Shown piece by piece: positions 47,638-58,953 of a stretch of 64,000 nt of DNA. Every line of letters begins with the position of its first letter. Within the stretch, counting starts at the first letter, position 1. Below the pieces are notes generated by a model. That model was not told the DNA's origin. It saw only the letters and a program-made list of their open reading frames with translations, and did not search any database. Origin of the DNA: Marsupella aquatica (lineage: Eukaryota; Plantae; Marchantiophyta). The stretch lies in contig OZ316899.1 in NCBI GenBank assembly GCA_973895155.1, positions 10,290,287-10,354,286 of the forward strand, read 5' to 3'. The position numbers were made by a program, and so were the translations under genes.

Positions 47638-49565
47638 CACTAGTACATATTTAGCTGATTTCCGATGCTCAATTTTTGCAAACAATTGGCGTCCGATTCT
47701 TTTAGAATCGGAAATTCCCATTATCACAAAATGGCAATATGCCATACTCTCGGCTTTGGATATCTTCATTTCCGATGTAATTAACAACGGAACCTTTCCA
47801 ATGTGGTAAAAAACAGATCATATCCGTTACAAAATACATCGGATCCCCTAACAAAAAATTTGATTGATATGTCCGATGTTTTTTGTAACGGAAATGATGT
47901 ACGTTTCAATATTGATCGGAAAATTTCCGTAGTTGATAAGAACGGATATTATATCCGATTGTGGTAAAATGGCAAAGTCCGATGCTGAGAGAATGGGAAA
48001 GTCCGATGCTAGTAGAATGGGAAAGTCCGATGCTGGGAGAATGGGAAATTTTCATTTTGGCAAAACAACAAATTCCTATTGTGTTAGATGGGGCATGTAG
48101 TTGCACCGACATACTCTTCCTAGAAAAGAGGATACAATCATTTTTGCATGTTTGAATGACTTCATACTTGAGGCAAATGGACTTAATTGAATGTTGTTCT
48201 TGCCTCCTTCCAAGACCCCAAAATATTGTTCCCTTTTGGCAATATTTGCTCAACATGCAAAATCAAAAATTTATCATCTAAAAGGAGATTGCTTGTCCCA
48301 TGTAGTCTTTGTTGCAAGTCCAACAACAACATAGTTGATGAAAGATGAGACAATCGGGAGCTGCCCTTGACGCCAAGGCTTTGGAAGGACCAAAATATTA
48401 ATCTTCCATAACTAATAAACTATAATGATCTCATGTCAAGTCGGATGGAGGAGGGCTTTACTATTCATGAATGACCCCAAATTTCTATTGATTGCTCCAA
48501 GGGAATGTAAGAGGGTAATCATAATTATAGATCACTCGATGCAAACATGCAATATCATGAAAGAGCAAAACTGGGATTTATTAGTCTAATGCCACACTTT
48601 TGTGGCATAATCACTACATTGCCACTCTTTTTCTTGTATTTATCAGTCTGCCACTCGTTTGAGTCATCGGTTAAGAAAAGTAACTCAGGTTAACTACCTA
48701 AGATCCGACGTTTGAGATTTCTTTTGGTCTTCCCATTGGACGGTTGTTGCTTCTCTCACGGTTAAATTTTGAACCCTCAGTATAGTTTGCGAAGGGGTGG
48801 GTCGGCTAATCCATTTCTCCTCCCCTCCATTTCTCTGTCACCATAGTCGAGGCGCACTGACTGCGTCTTTGCTCCACCCTTGCCACTATCATTGCGTCCT
48901 CATTTCCCCGGCCCGGGCTGTGTTGTCATTGACCCTAGCTGCCTCTAGCTTGGCTGGGGTTGCATCGTTGCATGTTGCCTATCGGCCTCTCCCGACTCTG
49001 CCCAGCTTAGGTCCAAATTATGGGTCTTAATAAATTTAGAAGTGTATAAAATCCCTAAACACTCCAAGTCAAACAATAAAAGTGTTAAGCTTGCATGTAC
49101 ATTATGAGGGATAAGAACCACAAAGTTAAGCTCATGTTGGAGGAATAGCAATTGGGATGGGTGACCACTTAGTTGAGGAATGAAGAGTTGAAATGTCAAA
49201 GAAGATGGGCACCTCACTCGTGGTTGCAAAATGAAAGTAAATATACAAAGGAAGAGATGGGTGACCTGAGCACCCCTCGTCCGCTCCAATGTGTATCCCA
49301 TTTTCATTGTTTTGCTCTTTCCCATACTCCCAGCATCAGACTTTTCCATTCTCCCAACATCGGACTTTCCCATTCTCTTAGCATCGGACTTTCCCATTCT
49401 TTCAGCATCGGACTTTCCGATATAAGTCCGATTGTCGATATCCGATACTTTTATCATGGCATGTTACGATGCCGACAGAATTGGATGTATGGTTTTTTCA
49501 TATTTTGTTTTACAAAGACGTCCGATGTGGAGAGAATCAGAAAAAGGAGGTAAAATGTACTAGTG
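47638..49565. mobile_element. Non-autonomous CACTA element, copy 2 (1928 bp)
   Basis: TIR CACTAGTACAT, TSD ATA; near-identical to 19136-21062. Confidence 0.95.
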
Positions 49566-51471
49566 ATAGCCAAGGAGGTATCAGGTAAGCTGATGCTTTA
49601 AATTCCTCTATATGAATGTTGAGAAACAATTCAATGGTTAATAGATTCAACCTGAATATTGTGGTGTGTAAATTGATCAGCAGAAGCAGACATGGAGGAT
49701 ATGGCAATGGCAAAGAAGGGGAAGAAGGCTGTTCATAATGGTAAGGAGATAGTGACAACTTTGTGGTTGGTGACATGTACATTTAGCACATGTGATGAGT
49801 GATTGACTTATGTTGGACATGACACTGAATTGTAGTTGATGGAGAGTTGACAGACTCTCAACCAAGCGGGAGCAGGGTGAAGCGACGTTGAAACTTGGGA
49901 GCAACATTGGATGCAAGTAAGATTGTAGATGCTTCAATTGAAACAAGTACAATGTTGGCAGATACTGAGATGATGTCGTAGGGAAATCCTGCTACACAAT
50001 CGGAAGTGTCAAATATGGATGCAAATTCTTTGAAGAAGAGTGTAGCCAATTCTCGATCACCAGCACAAAACACTCATGCCAAAGTCATGACTCGCAACCA
50101 AGGTATGAATAATGTCATGTATAAGCCACCCAGGAAAGCCAAGAAAAACAGCCAAGGTAAGGTGGAGGTGATAGCCACAGCAGAGCCAGTCCATAATCTT
50201 CTATCATGGGAGGATGACTAGCAGGTATGTGTGGGTACAGGCATTTTGCGACCGGATCATGCTAAATTCCATGGCAAAGTGGTCCCGAATGACCATGTAG
50301 TAGTGTTGTTGAATACAATGATTGTATCTGATTGTAATTTGTCATTTCTGAATAGAGACGATGATCCACCTCAAGAAATAATTGCAGATGCAGCCGGATC
50401 TCTTGTGCTCTGGCCATCAGAGTGTGTTAGTCTGCAGTGACTGAATGCAAGTGTAGATAGAATCATGTGAATTGTGTCACATTTTGACATTGCCTTGGAA
50501 AGATCTAAGAAATATCTGTACCAATTTTTCCATTTGGTAAAGAGGATGAAGGAGCTGTTGTGTGTGACATTGATATTTCTGAATTCTGTATGTATGAAAC
50601 AAGTGATTGATGTCAAACTATGGCTCTATGGTGATTGTCTATGATACTTGAATCTGTTTTGTATCATTTTAGTATTAGTGTGTATGGTATAGAGGAATAC
50701 TTTGTGACCTTCTTTGTAGTCTATGATGTTTGAATCTGTGAATTCATATTAGTGTACATGGTATAGAAGATGGCTTTCTGAAACTCTATGTGTTCTAATG
50801 TTAACATGATGAATGGTGAGCTTATAGAGTGAGTTCATTCCAAGTACACAATAAAACATGAATGGAATGTGTTATTTGTGCACAAGAGTGAGTTCATTCC
50901 AAGTAGTATAGTGGGGTCTTCATCACTCATATCCAGTTGACATGAAAGACTTGTACATACCCCACAAAGTGTTTACTTTAGTCGTTTTATAAACCCACAA
51001 AGTATATTTAAAGACTACCCTCCATAACCTTTTTAGTCATTCCGAACGACTCACCATCGCAGCCTATAAAAGACTGAAAATGACTCACCAAATCTACCCA
51101 CACAAAGACTACAATAGACTGAAAATCCAGTCTATTAAACGACTTACAAACCAGTTCTATAAAGGACTCAGTTGATTATAGTAACAAAACATACGACTTG
51201 CAGTCCTGTAAAGGACTGGAGTCATTCCCAATCGTTTCCAAGTCCTATACGGTACTGAATCGTCGTTTAATGGGGTCTAAATACCCCCCGGTTTCTACTA
51301 GTGCACAGATCAATCACAAATGGGTATCAAGCAAGTCGCGATGGGGTGTTCAATAGTGACTTATTTTTTTGGTCTCAAATTTTGCAATTCCAAGGGTCAC
51401 AGCCTGGGTCACTTCACTTGTGTCACAATGAAGTCACATGAGCCAAAAGGAGTCACATATTGCAGTCTCAG

Positions 51472-51904
51472 TGTGACACCGCCAACACGGCTTAACCCGT
51501 GTTATGCATGTACGAAGTAAACTTAGGAGTCCGTAGCTATTAGCATAACTTACAACACAAATTAGCTAGTCATGATGCTTAGGACCGGTTTAGTCAATAA
51601 TGGGCGTTCACGCTTGGGCTGGCGGCGCTACGCCTAACGCACCGCTGGATTAGGGGCACATTATGGTTGTCCACCTTGGATCCGTATAACTGATCCGGAG
51701 GCGGCCCTCTAGCACAACCTAACCCGGACCTGAGGGATGGTTGGTACACTTTGGGCGTGAGGGGTTCGGCCTATCAAAGCAAGAGGAGTCGATTGGTCGA
51801 TGCACCACAAGGGTATAAAAGGCAAGCTCTTCCCCGCCTCTGGGTCACTAGCTCCCTTTGCGCACCAGCTTTGATCCCAGCTCCTCTGTTTCCCCCTTAG
51901 CCAT
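51472..51904 (+). mobile_element. 5' end of a family-C-like LTR, truncated by repeat E
   Basis: TGTGACACCGCC start; colinear with the reverse complement of 62480-62912, including the TATA box. Confidence 0.8.
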
Positions 51905-52948
51905 AGTCGTGGAACTCGACTACCTTAACACTTAGCTATGGCGTCGTTGACTCTGACGCCAAGCTCCCTTATGGTCCAGGCCCGGATAGGCCATCCGGGG
52001 AGGACTTAGCATGGGGAGACTTGTGGGCAATGAGACGTGGCACTGGCAAAGGCAAGGCGCCAACTGAAGTTGATGACACACACTAAGGACTTAGACTAGC
52101 TGAGAGCTGGTCATGTAAAGGGGAAAAGGGTTAGGCTCAAGGTTGAATGTCCGGACCCCCGGACGGACTTTGAGTTCTAAGGGCTTGAGTGAGAGCTCAT
52201 CTTGGGCCCAAGGCCAATGGAGTTGACGCCATGGGCAACGGAAGCTTGGGGCGCGAGTTATGGCCTGATCCGGGTTTGGCCGATTGGGGGTCCAAGCGGC
52301 GATAAGATTTGAGGGCCTAGGCATGAGCACTGGGTTGGCCTGATCACAACGGGCTAAGGCATTCTGCTTGCGGACGCCTAACAAGAAAGTTATGGGCGTT
52401 GCCAGTTGGTGGCGCACCCAGACATGCTGGATAGGATCCGGGTTGTGGCCCAAAAAGTTGAGGACCAAAGTTGGTCTAGGGGTGGCAGGTCTCCAAAAGC
52501 ATATATGAGGAGAGTGGTGCCTCCCTGGGGGCTAAGGGTGAGCCGAAGTCGTGAGCCTCGGCGGTAGCGACACTAAAGGAAAACGCCGAACGGAAATGGC
52601 GATAACTTCCCAACGGGAAGTCCATTGGAAGACTTCTTGGGTGCGTTAAAAATCTCTCAAGGAGGACTACATCCTCCTGAGCTCAGCTAGGTCTGGGGGT
52701 GCCATAGGTTCTTGAGGTTTGCGGGTGTTGTCACGCCCGCTTGTCAAATCCTACCGAAATAGCAGCCAAGTCGCGTTCAGTCTCCCAAGGGAGCTTGCGT
52801 TGGGGAGGCAAGGCCAAGTAGGCACGGAGGTTGAGTTCCAAGGGAACTTGGCCCCTAGACAATCAGCGGGGCGAGAACCGGGAGTCGATTGCTAGAGTCG
52901 GGGCCATTTTGGTCCCGGCGTGTTGGGACAAGCTTTAGGACAAGCTAC
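51905..52948 (+). mobile_element. Repeat E (AGT…ACT LTR-like), 5' two-thirds
   Basis: Starts AGTCGTGGAACTCGAC; inverted homologue of 57838-58888. Confidence 0.8.
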
Positions 52949-54097
52949 AGTGGAGAAGCAATATGGAGGAATCTAGTGGAAATGGTATATTTTAAAACTT
53001 TTTGACTTTACTTGAAGCTTCCCCAAGTCAATTACTTACCCCTTAATACATTTAAGCCTCGAAGGATCATTCTGGAGAAAGTTGAGGAGTTTGGATTTTT
53101 TCCGGAAAAATCGCTTTCAAAGCTCTCCGAAAGAAATTTCTCAGAAAGCTATCCGAAAGAAATTGCTTTGAAAGTTGCAGAATCGGTTTAGACTTTTGGC
53201 AAGAACTTTGACGGACGATTGCAGATCGACCCAATGTCGGTTTGAGGAGAGTTTTAGTGCGTTGGAAAGGTATTTCCAAAGGCTACCATGGGAATTTTAG
53301 TTTGGAGCCAAACCACCAATTTCAAAGTATACCAAATTGATTCTCCGAGATATTCGGCATACATTACTTAAATTGTTTTACCTCACGTTTGCACCTCTTG
53401 AACTTTTCCATTAGTTCATTAGAGTAGGATATAGAGGGACATAGTTTAGTACACCCTTAGGAATTAGATTTAGAGAGTCTTAGTTTCATCTCACCTTTTA
53501 GGACTTTAAATTTAGATAAGAAAAGGTTTGTAGACTTTTAAACCTTTTGGCATCTCAAGCCTTTTGAGGGAGCCTACAATTGGACTCCCAAGACCATTTT
53601 CATTGTCTTTTCCTTTGAATATTAATCTCTGACTATTTTGGGTCTTTCTCTCATGCCAATCTTGGGATTAGGAGAGAAGATTAAACCAGAAGAGATTGTA
53701 CCACACCTATGCATTGAAATCATATCATTTACCTCAGTTTCATGGATGAATGTCATAAGAAACATGGATTTGTAAGAGAAAACTTTGATATCTAGGGAAA
53801 GGAGAATTGTAGTGAGTCATTGGACGGAAAGCCGATCTCTATTTGGGTATGTGGAAGTCTATGATGAGTGAAAATCAAACTACCTATTGATAAGAAGTTA
53901 GACTCTGTGAATTTATTGATCTAAGAGTTTATTGGAGAATCGTTTTAGGATTCTGGAAGAAGAATGAGTAAAGCAATCGCTATAGGATTTTGAACACCAC
54001 AAAACTGGAGTAAAACGCTTCACTTATTCCTTACGGGACCGAATCTTGGTTGGTTTGAGCAAGGTCTTACATAGTTGATGTTGTTCTACTCACCACA
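52949..54097 (+). repeat. 5' LTR of element F (~1.15 kb, AT-rich)
   Basis: Interrupts repeat E; ends …CTCACCACA followed by a PBS; starts AGTGGAG. Confidence 0.7.
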
Positions 54098-54106
54098 TAT
54101 TCTTTT

Positions 54107-54124
54107 TGGCGCCGCTGCCGAGGA
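54107..54124 (+). promoter_or_regulatory. PBS of element F (tRNA-Asp-like, Athila type)
   Basis: TGGCGCCGCTGCCGAGGA versus the Athila-type TGGCGCCGTTGCCGGGGA. Confidence 0.75.
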
Positions 54125-55239
54125 ATAAATCAAAAGCAATTTATGAAGGAGGCCAAGTGAATTGGCCAAAAGAAAGATTGAAGTATAGACAGACAATCAA
54201 TTTCAATATGATAAACTGATTGTACAAGACCAAGGGAGAAATTCACAACAAGAGGAGGATTCAACAGGGAGACAATCGGATTGACTCCTGAAGGAACATA
54301 TGCTTTGTAAGTATGGACGATTCAATGTTGTTTGGCTTTCCTTTTACATTTAAAGTAAAACTTTTCTCAATAGACAACGCTCCTTCAGCCTTAGTTAAGT
54401 TATTGAAAGAAAAGGAAAAAAGGGAGATAGCAAAAGAGGAAATTAAGGGGAAGACCAAGAAATCGCTTAGCAAAGTAAAAGCACCTGCTAGCAAAGGATC
54501 TCCATTACCACCTCTGAATTGAATGGACCTATTGGCCTTAAGGTAAGTAAATATTTTCACTTAACCTTTGTAAATTTTAGTTAGGCTAGAAAAGTAAAGA
54601 GAGAAACCGATTCTTAGCCAAATTAATGGAGAAAGCTTGGTAACAATTGGTTCAGACTGATACATCATTTTCTGTTGTTGTATTTTTCTTTCTTGCTTCC
54701 AATGAAATTAATCAGTTGGGGAGAAAGATCGCTTCCTTAATTTTAGAATTTTGGGATATGGCAAGAATCTTTAGTTTATATGCAGAGATTTCATGAGTAG
54801 GGACATTACCAACCCTTATGAACGAGAAAAGAGATATAATAACCGGGAACAAAAGAAATTGACCCCACCTGAGAAGGTCAAGATCAAACTCAAGTGATAG
54901 AGGTAAGACTAGAATCACGAAGACTAAGCCAGTGCCATATGTTGATCTTACAAGACATAGAAGTGAGAGGTAAATTGAGGAAGATGTGGATAATCTAAAT
55001 AGTCTTAGTGATTTTGAAGAGAGGGAACAATCAGTTTTACCAGAATTGCCTACTGTTGCCAAAAAGGTTCAACATTTAGAAGAGTTGGTGAATCAAGGTG
55101 CGCTTGAGGGAGAAAGGGCTAATCAATTGATAGGAAAGTTAACTTAATCTCTAAAAGATCTCTACTTGCGCCAATTAAGGTAGGAAAGAAATCGTTTGTT
55201 TCATTATCTTTTGGGTCCTCTAGTGTCCATCCTCCTTCC

Positions 55240-56696
55240 ATCATGACATCCTCTACAAGTCTGAAATATACGGTTTTCAAAGGAAGAGGCCAAGATCCAG
55301 ATGATTGGCTGGGCAAAATTTTGTCAACAGCCAAAACCAACAAGGAAAATGCGGATCAAGATCTCTTGCAGATTTTTTAAGGACTCGTAAAAACAAAGCA
55401 CACAAATGGTATACTCTATCCCTTACCCTGGCTATTCAAGGAAGCTGGCCTGATTTGCAAAACGCTTTTAGGAAAGAATTTAGAGAAGCAGGAGCCACTT
55501 CTAGAGTGTTAGCTAGACTTAGGAGAATTTGCATGAGAAAGCAAGGCACATTGAGAACTTATTCTCAGAATGTTAGGAAATTAATTCTAAAGATTAGACC
55601 TCTGCCTAGTGATGAAATGCAAACCGAGTATTTCACAGGAGGATTGCCTAGAGAGATGAATAGATACGTTAGAAGATCACACCCTACCAATTTAGGAGAA
55701 GCTATTGAAGCAGCACAAGAGTTTGTAGATACTGAAATGTCTCAGAGAAAAGAATTGAGAAAAGAGGAGAAGAAAGAAAAGGAGAGAGAGAAAAGAAAAC
55801 AAAGGAAGAAAAGGTCAGGAAATAAAAAAAAAGAAAGAAGTTCTTCTAGTACCTCCTCTTCATCGTCACAATCTAGTTCCTCCTCTTCCTCCTCTTCATC
55901 ATCCTCATCCGATGATGAGTCCACTTGCCATCATAGAGATAAAGGGAAAGTATATCAGCCTACTAATAATGCGCTCAAGTCTCTCACAAGAGTGAAGAAA
56001 ACAATTGATGAATTGAGTGGCAAATTTGATAAGCTTTCAGTCAATTTGGCAGACAATCGCCCAAAGAGGAGGCCTATTCCGGTAAATCGACCCAATGTGT
56101 GGTGTGCTAGATGTGGAGAAAGAGGCCACTACCCAGTGGAGTGCCCACACATGGGGAGGCAAGCTCAATATATTGTGGAAGAATGGGATGAGCCAGCCTA
56201 CTATGCAGAAGAACAAGAAGAGATTGACTGGTACGTGGTCAATAATCCCCCGCCTATGAGAAGGCCAATGGGACCGCCTAGCCCACCAATGGGTTGGAGT
56301 ATGGGTGGAAGTATGATGCCCAGGCCCATGACAATGAGACCTCCTGTCAAACCTCCAATGGAGCCACCCGAAGGCTACCCACCTCGTACACAGAGAATCC
56401 CAAGGACCTGCTACAATTGTGGGGTAGTGGGACATTATACCCCCGAGTGCCCTTACCCAAAGGCACCGTATGCATGTACCCCTATATGTGGGAACTGTGG
56501 AGAAGAGGGCCACCTTCCGATCAAATGCCCCAAACCAGTGCAGCCAAAGTTGATGGTGAAGTATGTGAAGGATTCGGAGAAGAAAGAAACGGCTGAAGTC
56601 CGAATGATATTTTTAGAAGACACACACCTCATAACTGAGGAGCAGGGGAACCCTGAGGAATCGATCTCAGTATATCAAACCACAACCCGAAGCGCT
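55240..56696 (+). pseudogene. gag: gag of element F
   Basis: KYTVFKGRGQDPDDWL, capsid region, poly-Ser, CARCGERGHYPVEC, CYNCGVVGHYTPEC, CGNCGEEGHLPIKC; truncated after VYQTTTRS. Confidence 0.88.
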
Positions 56697-57158
56697 GGTC
56701 GTTGGTGGTGCAAAGATGCACTAGGGTGCTTGCTCAAGGTATTCCGTGGAGGCAATCGGGCACCAGGGGCACTAAGGGCGCCCGACCGGCCAACCCGGAT
56801 CATGCCATAACTCGCGCCCCAAGCATCCGTTGCCCATGGCGTTAACTCCATTGGCCTTGGGCCCAAGAGGAGCTCTCAATCAAGCCCTCAGAACTCAAAG
56901 TCCATCCGGGGGTCCAGACAATCGACCTTGAGCCCGGACCTTTTCCCCTTGACCCGACCAGCACTCGGCTAGTATAAGTCCTTAGTGTATGTCACCAACT
57001 TGGCGCCTTGCCTTTGCTAGTGCCACGTCTCATTGCCCACAAGTCTCCCCATGCTAAGTCCTCCCCAGATGGCCTATTCAAGCTAGGACCATAAGGGAGC
57101 TCGGCGTCGGAGTCATCGATGCCAGAGCTAAGTGTTAAGGTAGTTGAGTTCCGCGACT
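56697..57158. mobile_element. Composite of repeat E fragments: 3' piece (+, ~56697-56779) fused to a 5' piece (-, ~56780-57158)
   Basis: Matches 57440-57525 inverted, then 58503-58888 direct; ends …CCGCGACT. Confidence 0.75.
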
Positions 57159-58953
57159 ATGCCGTTCGGATTATGTAATGCCCCGGCCATGATCCAGAGA
57201 CTCATGATGAACATCTTCCATGACTTCTTGGGAGAGTTCCTAGAGATATTTATTGATGACTTTGCCATATTTGGGACCATCGCCATGCACCCCAAGCATT
57301 TATGCTATACGCTACAACGATGTAGGGAAGTGAATTTAAAGTTGCATCCGGCCAAGTGCTTTTTTGGGGTAGAGGAAGGAGTGTTACTCGGAGTGGTGGA
57401 CCTTGCCACCCAGTGCCCTCACCAATCCCAGCACCCTCGCCTAAGTGCCCTTGGTGCCCGAATGCCTCCACGGAATACCTCGGGCAAGCAACCTAGTGCC
57501 CCTTTGCACCACCAGCGGCACCTCCCATACAAAGCCGCACTTGCTCTCCAACACGACCGCTACTCAACGGTCCTCATTGTTTGCACAAGCAACCAAGTGC
57601 CTCGGTAAATAACCCTTCAAGATCTAGATCTCCCCAAGTCTAGCATCCTAACTCAAGTTCAACAGACATTGGTAAGTAGGTTAGCAATAGGTCCTCCCGA
57701 TGCCATAAGCCGGAACTAGAATGCCCACTTTTTGTCCAGAATAGCTCCTTCCTTGGGCATAGCCCGGGTTCCCCCTTGTACTTATCCATCACCAACTGAC
57801 CGCCCTGCCCCCGGGACATGCTCATGGCCCAAGTAGCGTAGCTTGTCCAAGAGCTTGTCCCAAGCTTGTCCCAACATGTCAGGATCGGAATGGCCCTGAC
57901 TTTAGCAACAAACTCCCGGTTCTCGCCCTACTGATGGTCTAGGGGCCAAGTGCCCTTGTAACTCAACCTCCATTCCTACTTGGCCTTGCCTCCCCTACGC
58001 AAGCTCCCTTAGGAGACTGAACGCGGCTTGGCTGCTGTTTTGGCAGGATTTGGCAAGTGGGCGAGATAACACCCGCACACCTCAAGAACTTATGGTGCCT
58101 ACAGACCCAGATGATCTCAAGAGGATGTACCCGTCCTCAAGATATTTTTTAATGCACCCAAGAAGTCCTCCAACGGACTTCTCGTTGGGAAGATATCGCC
58201 CTTTCCGTTTGGCATTTTCCTTAGTGTCGTGACCGTCGTGGCTCACGACTTCGGCTCGCCCTTAGCCCCCAAGGAGACACCACTCCCCTCATATATGTTT
58301 CTGGAGACCTTCCACCCCCCATCCAGCTTTGGTCCTTAACTTTTTGGTCCCCAACCCGGACCCTATCCCGCATGTCTGGGCGCGCCACCAACCTGCAACG
58401 CCCATAACTTCTAGTTAGGTGTCCGCAAGCGGAGTGCCTTGGCCCGTTGTGATTGGGCCAACCCAGTGCTCATGCCTAGGCCCTCAGATCTCATTGTCGC
58501 TCAGGGCCCCCAATCGGCCAAACTTGGATTGGGCCATAACTCGCGCCCCAAGCGTCCGTTGCCCATGGCGTCAACTCCATTGGCCTTGGGCCCAAGAGGA
58601 ACTCTTACTCAAGCCCTCAGAACTCAAAGTGCATCCGGGGGTCCAGATGGTCAACCTTGAGTCTGGCCCTTTTCCCCTTTGACCCGACCAGCTCTTAGCT
58701 AGTCTAAGTCCTTAGTGTGTGACACCAGCTTGTCGCCTTGCCTTCACTAGCGCCACTTCTCATTGCCCACAAGTCTCCCCATGCTAAGTCCTCCCCGGAT
58801 GACCTATCTGGGCCTGGACCATACGGGAGCTCGATGTCGGTGTCAGCGATGCCAGAGCTAAGTGTTAAGGTAGTCGAGTTCTGTGACTCTCGGGCATCGT
58901 GTGTCAAAATGAGGTATAGAGGTGGATCAGGAGAAGGTTACGGCCTAGATGGC
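57159..58953 (+). pseudogene. pol: Gypsy RT fragment split by repeat E
   Basis: MPFGLCNAPA…IFIDDF…KCFFGVEEGVLLG|HRVSK.GIEVDQEKV. Confidence 0.88.
57392..58888 (-). mobile_element. Complete repeat E (1497 bp), solo-LTR-like with AGT…ACT termini
   Basis: TSD CTCGG at 57387-57391 and 58889-58893; removal restores the RT frame. Confidence 0.88.

Larger units (their letters stand above)
45376..50440 (+). pseudogene. CACTA TnpA/Ptta-like multi-exon gene, interrupted by a small CACTA
   Basis: The 46074-46694 exon has W…RHRLKRMW…PPP…DQWTRLI…SELMSNAR. The C-terminal exon 50160-50440 has VGTG…FHGKVVP…VVV…DAAGSLVLWP. Many short GT-AG exons lie between. Confidence 0.7.
28513..51303 (+). mobile_element. 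Large CACTA/En-Spm transposon (~16 kb without nested inserts)
   Basis: TIRs CA(G/C)TAGTAGAAACCGGGG…TTTAGACCC; TSD CAC at 28510-28512 and 51304-51306; GACT/AGTC subterminal motifs; TnpD- and TnpA-like genes. Confidence 0.93.

Noticed and set aside
55841-55920. TCC/TCA microsatellite
   Set aside because: It encodes the poly-Ser linker of gag, which is also present in A and B.
51905-57158. A single foldback element with long TIRs formed by inverted E ends
   Set aside because: The flanks (GCCAT and ATGCC) are not a direct TSD, and E occurs independently with its own TSD at 57392-58888.
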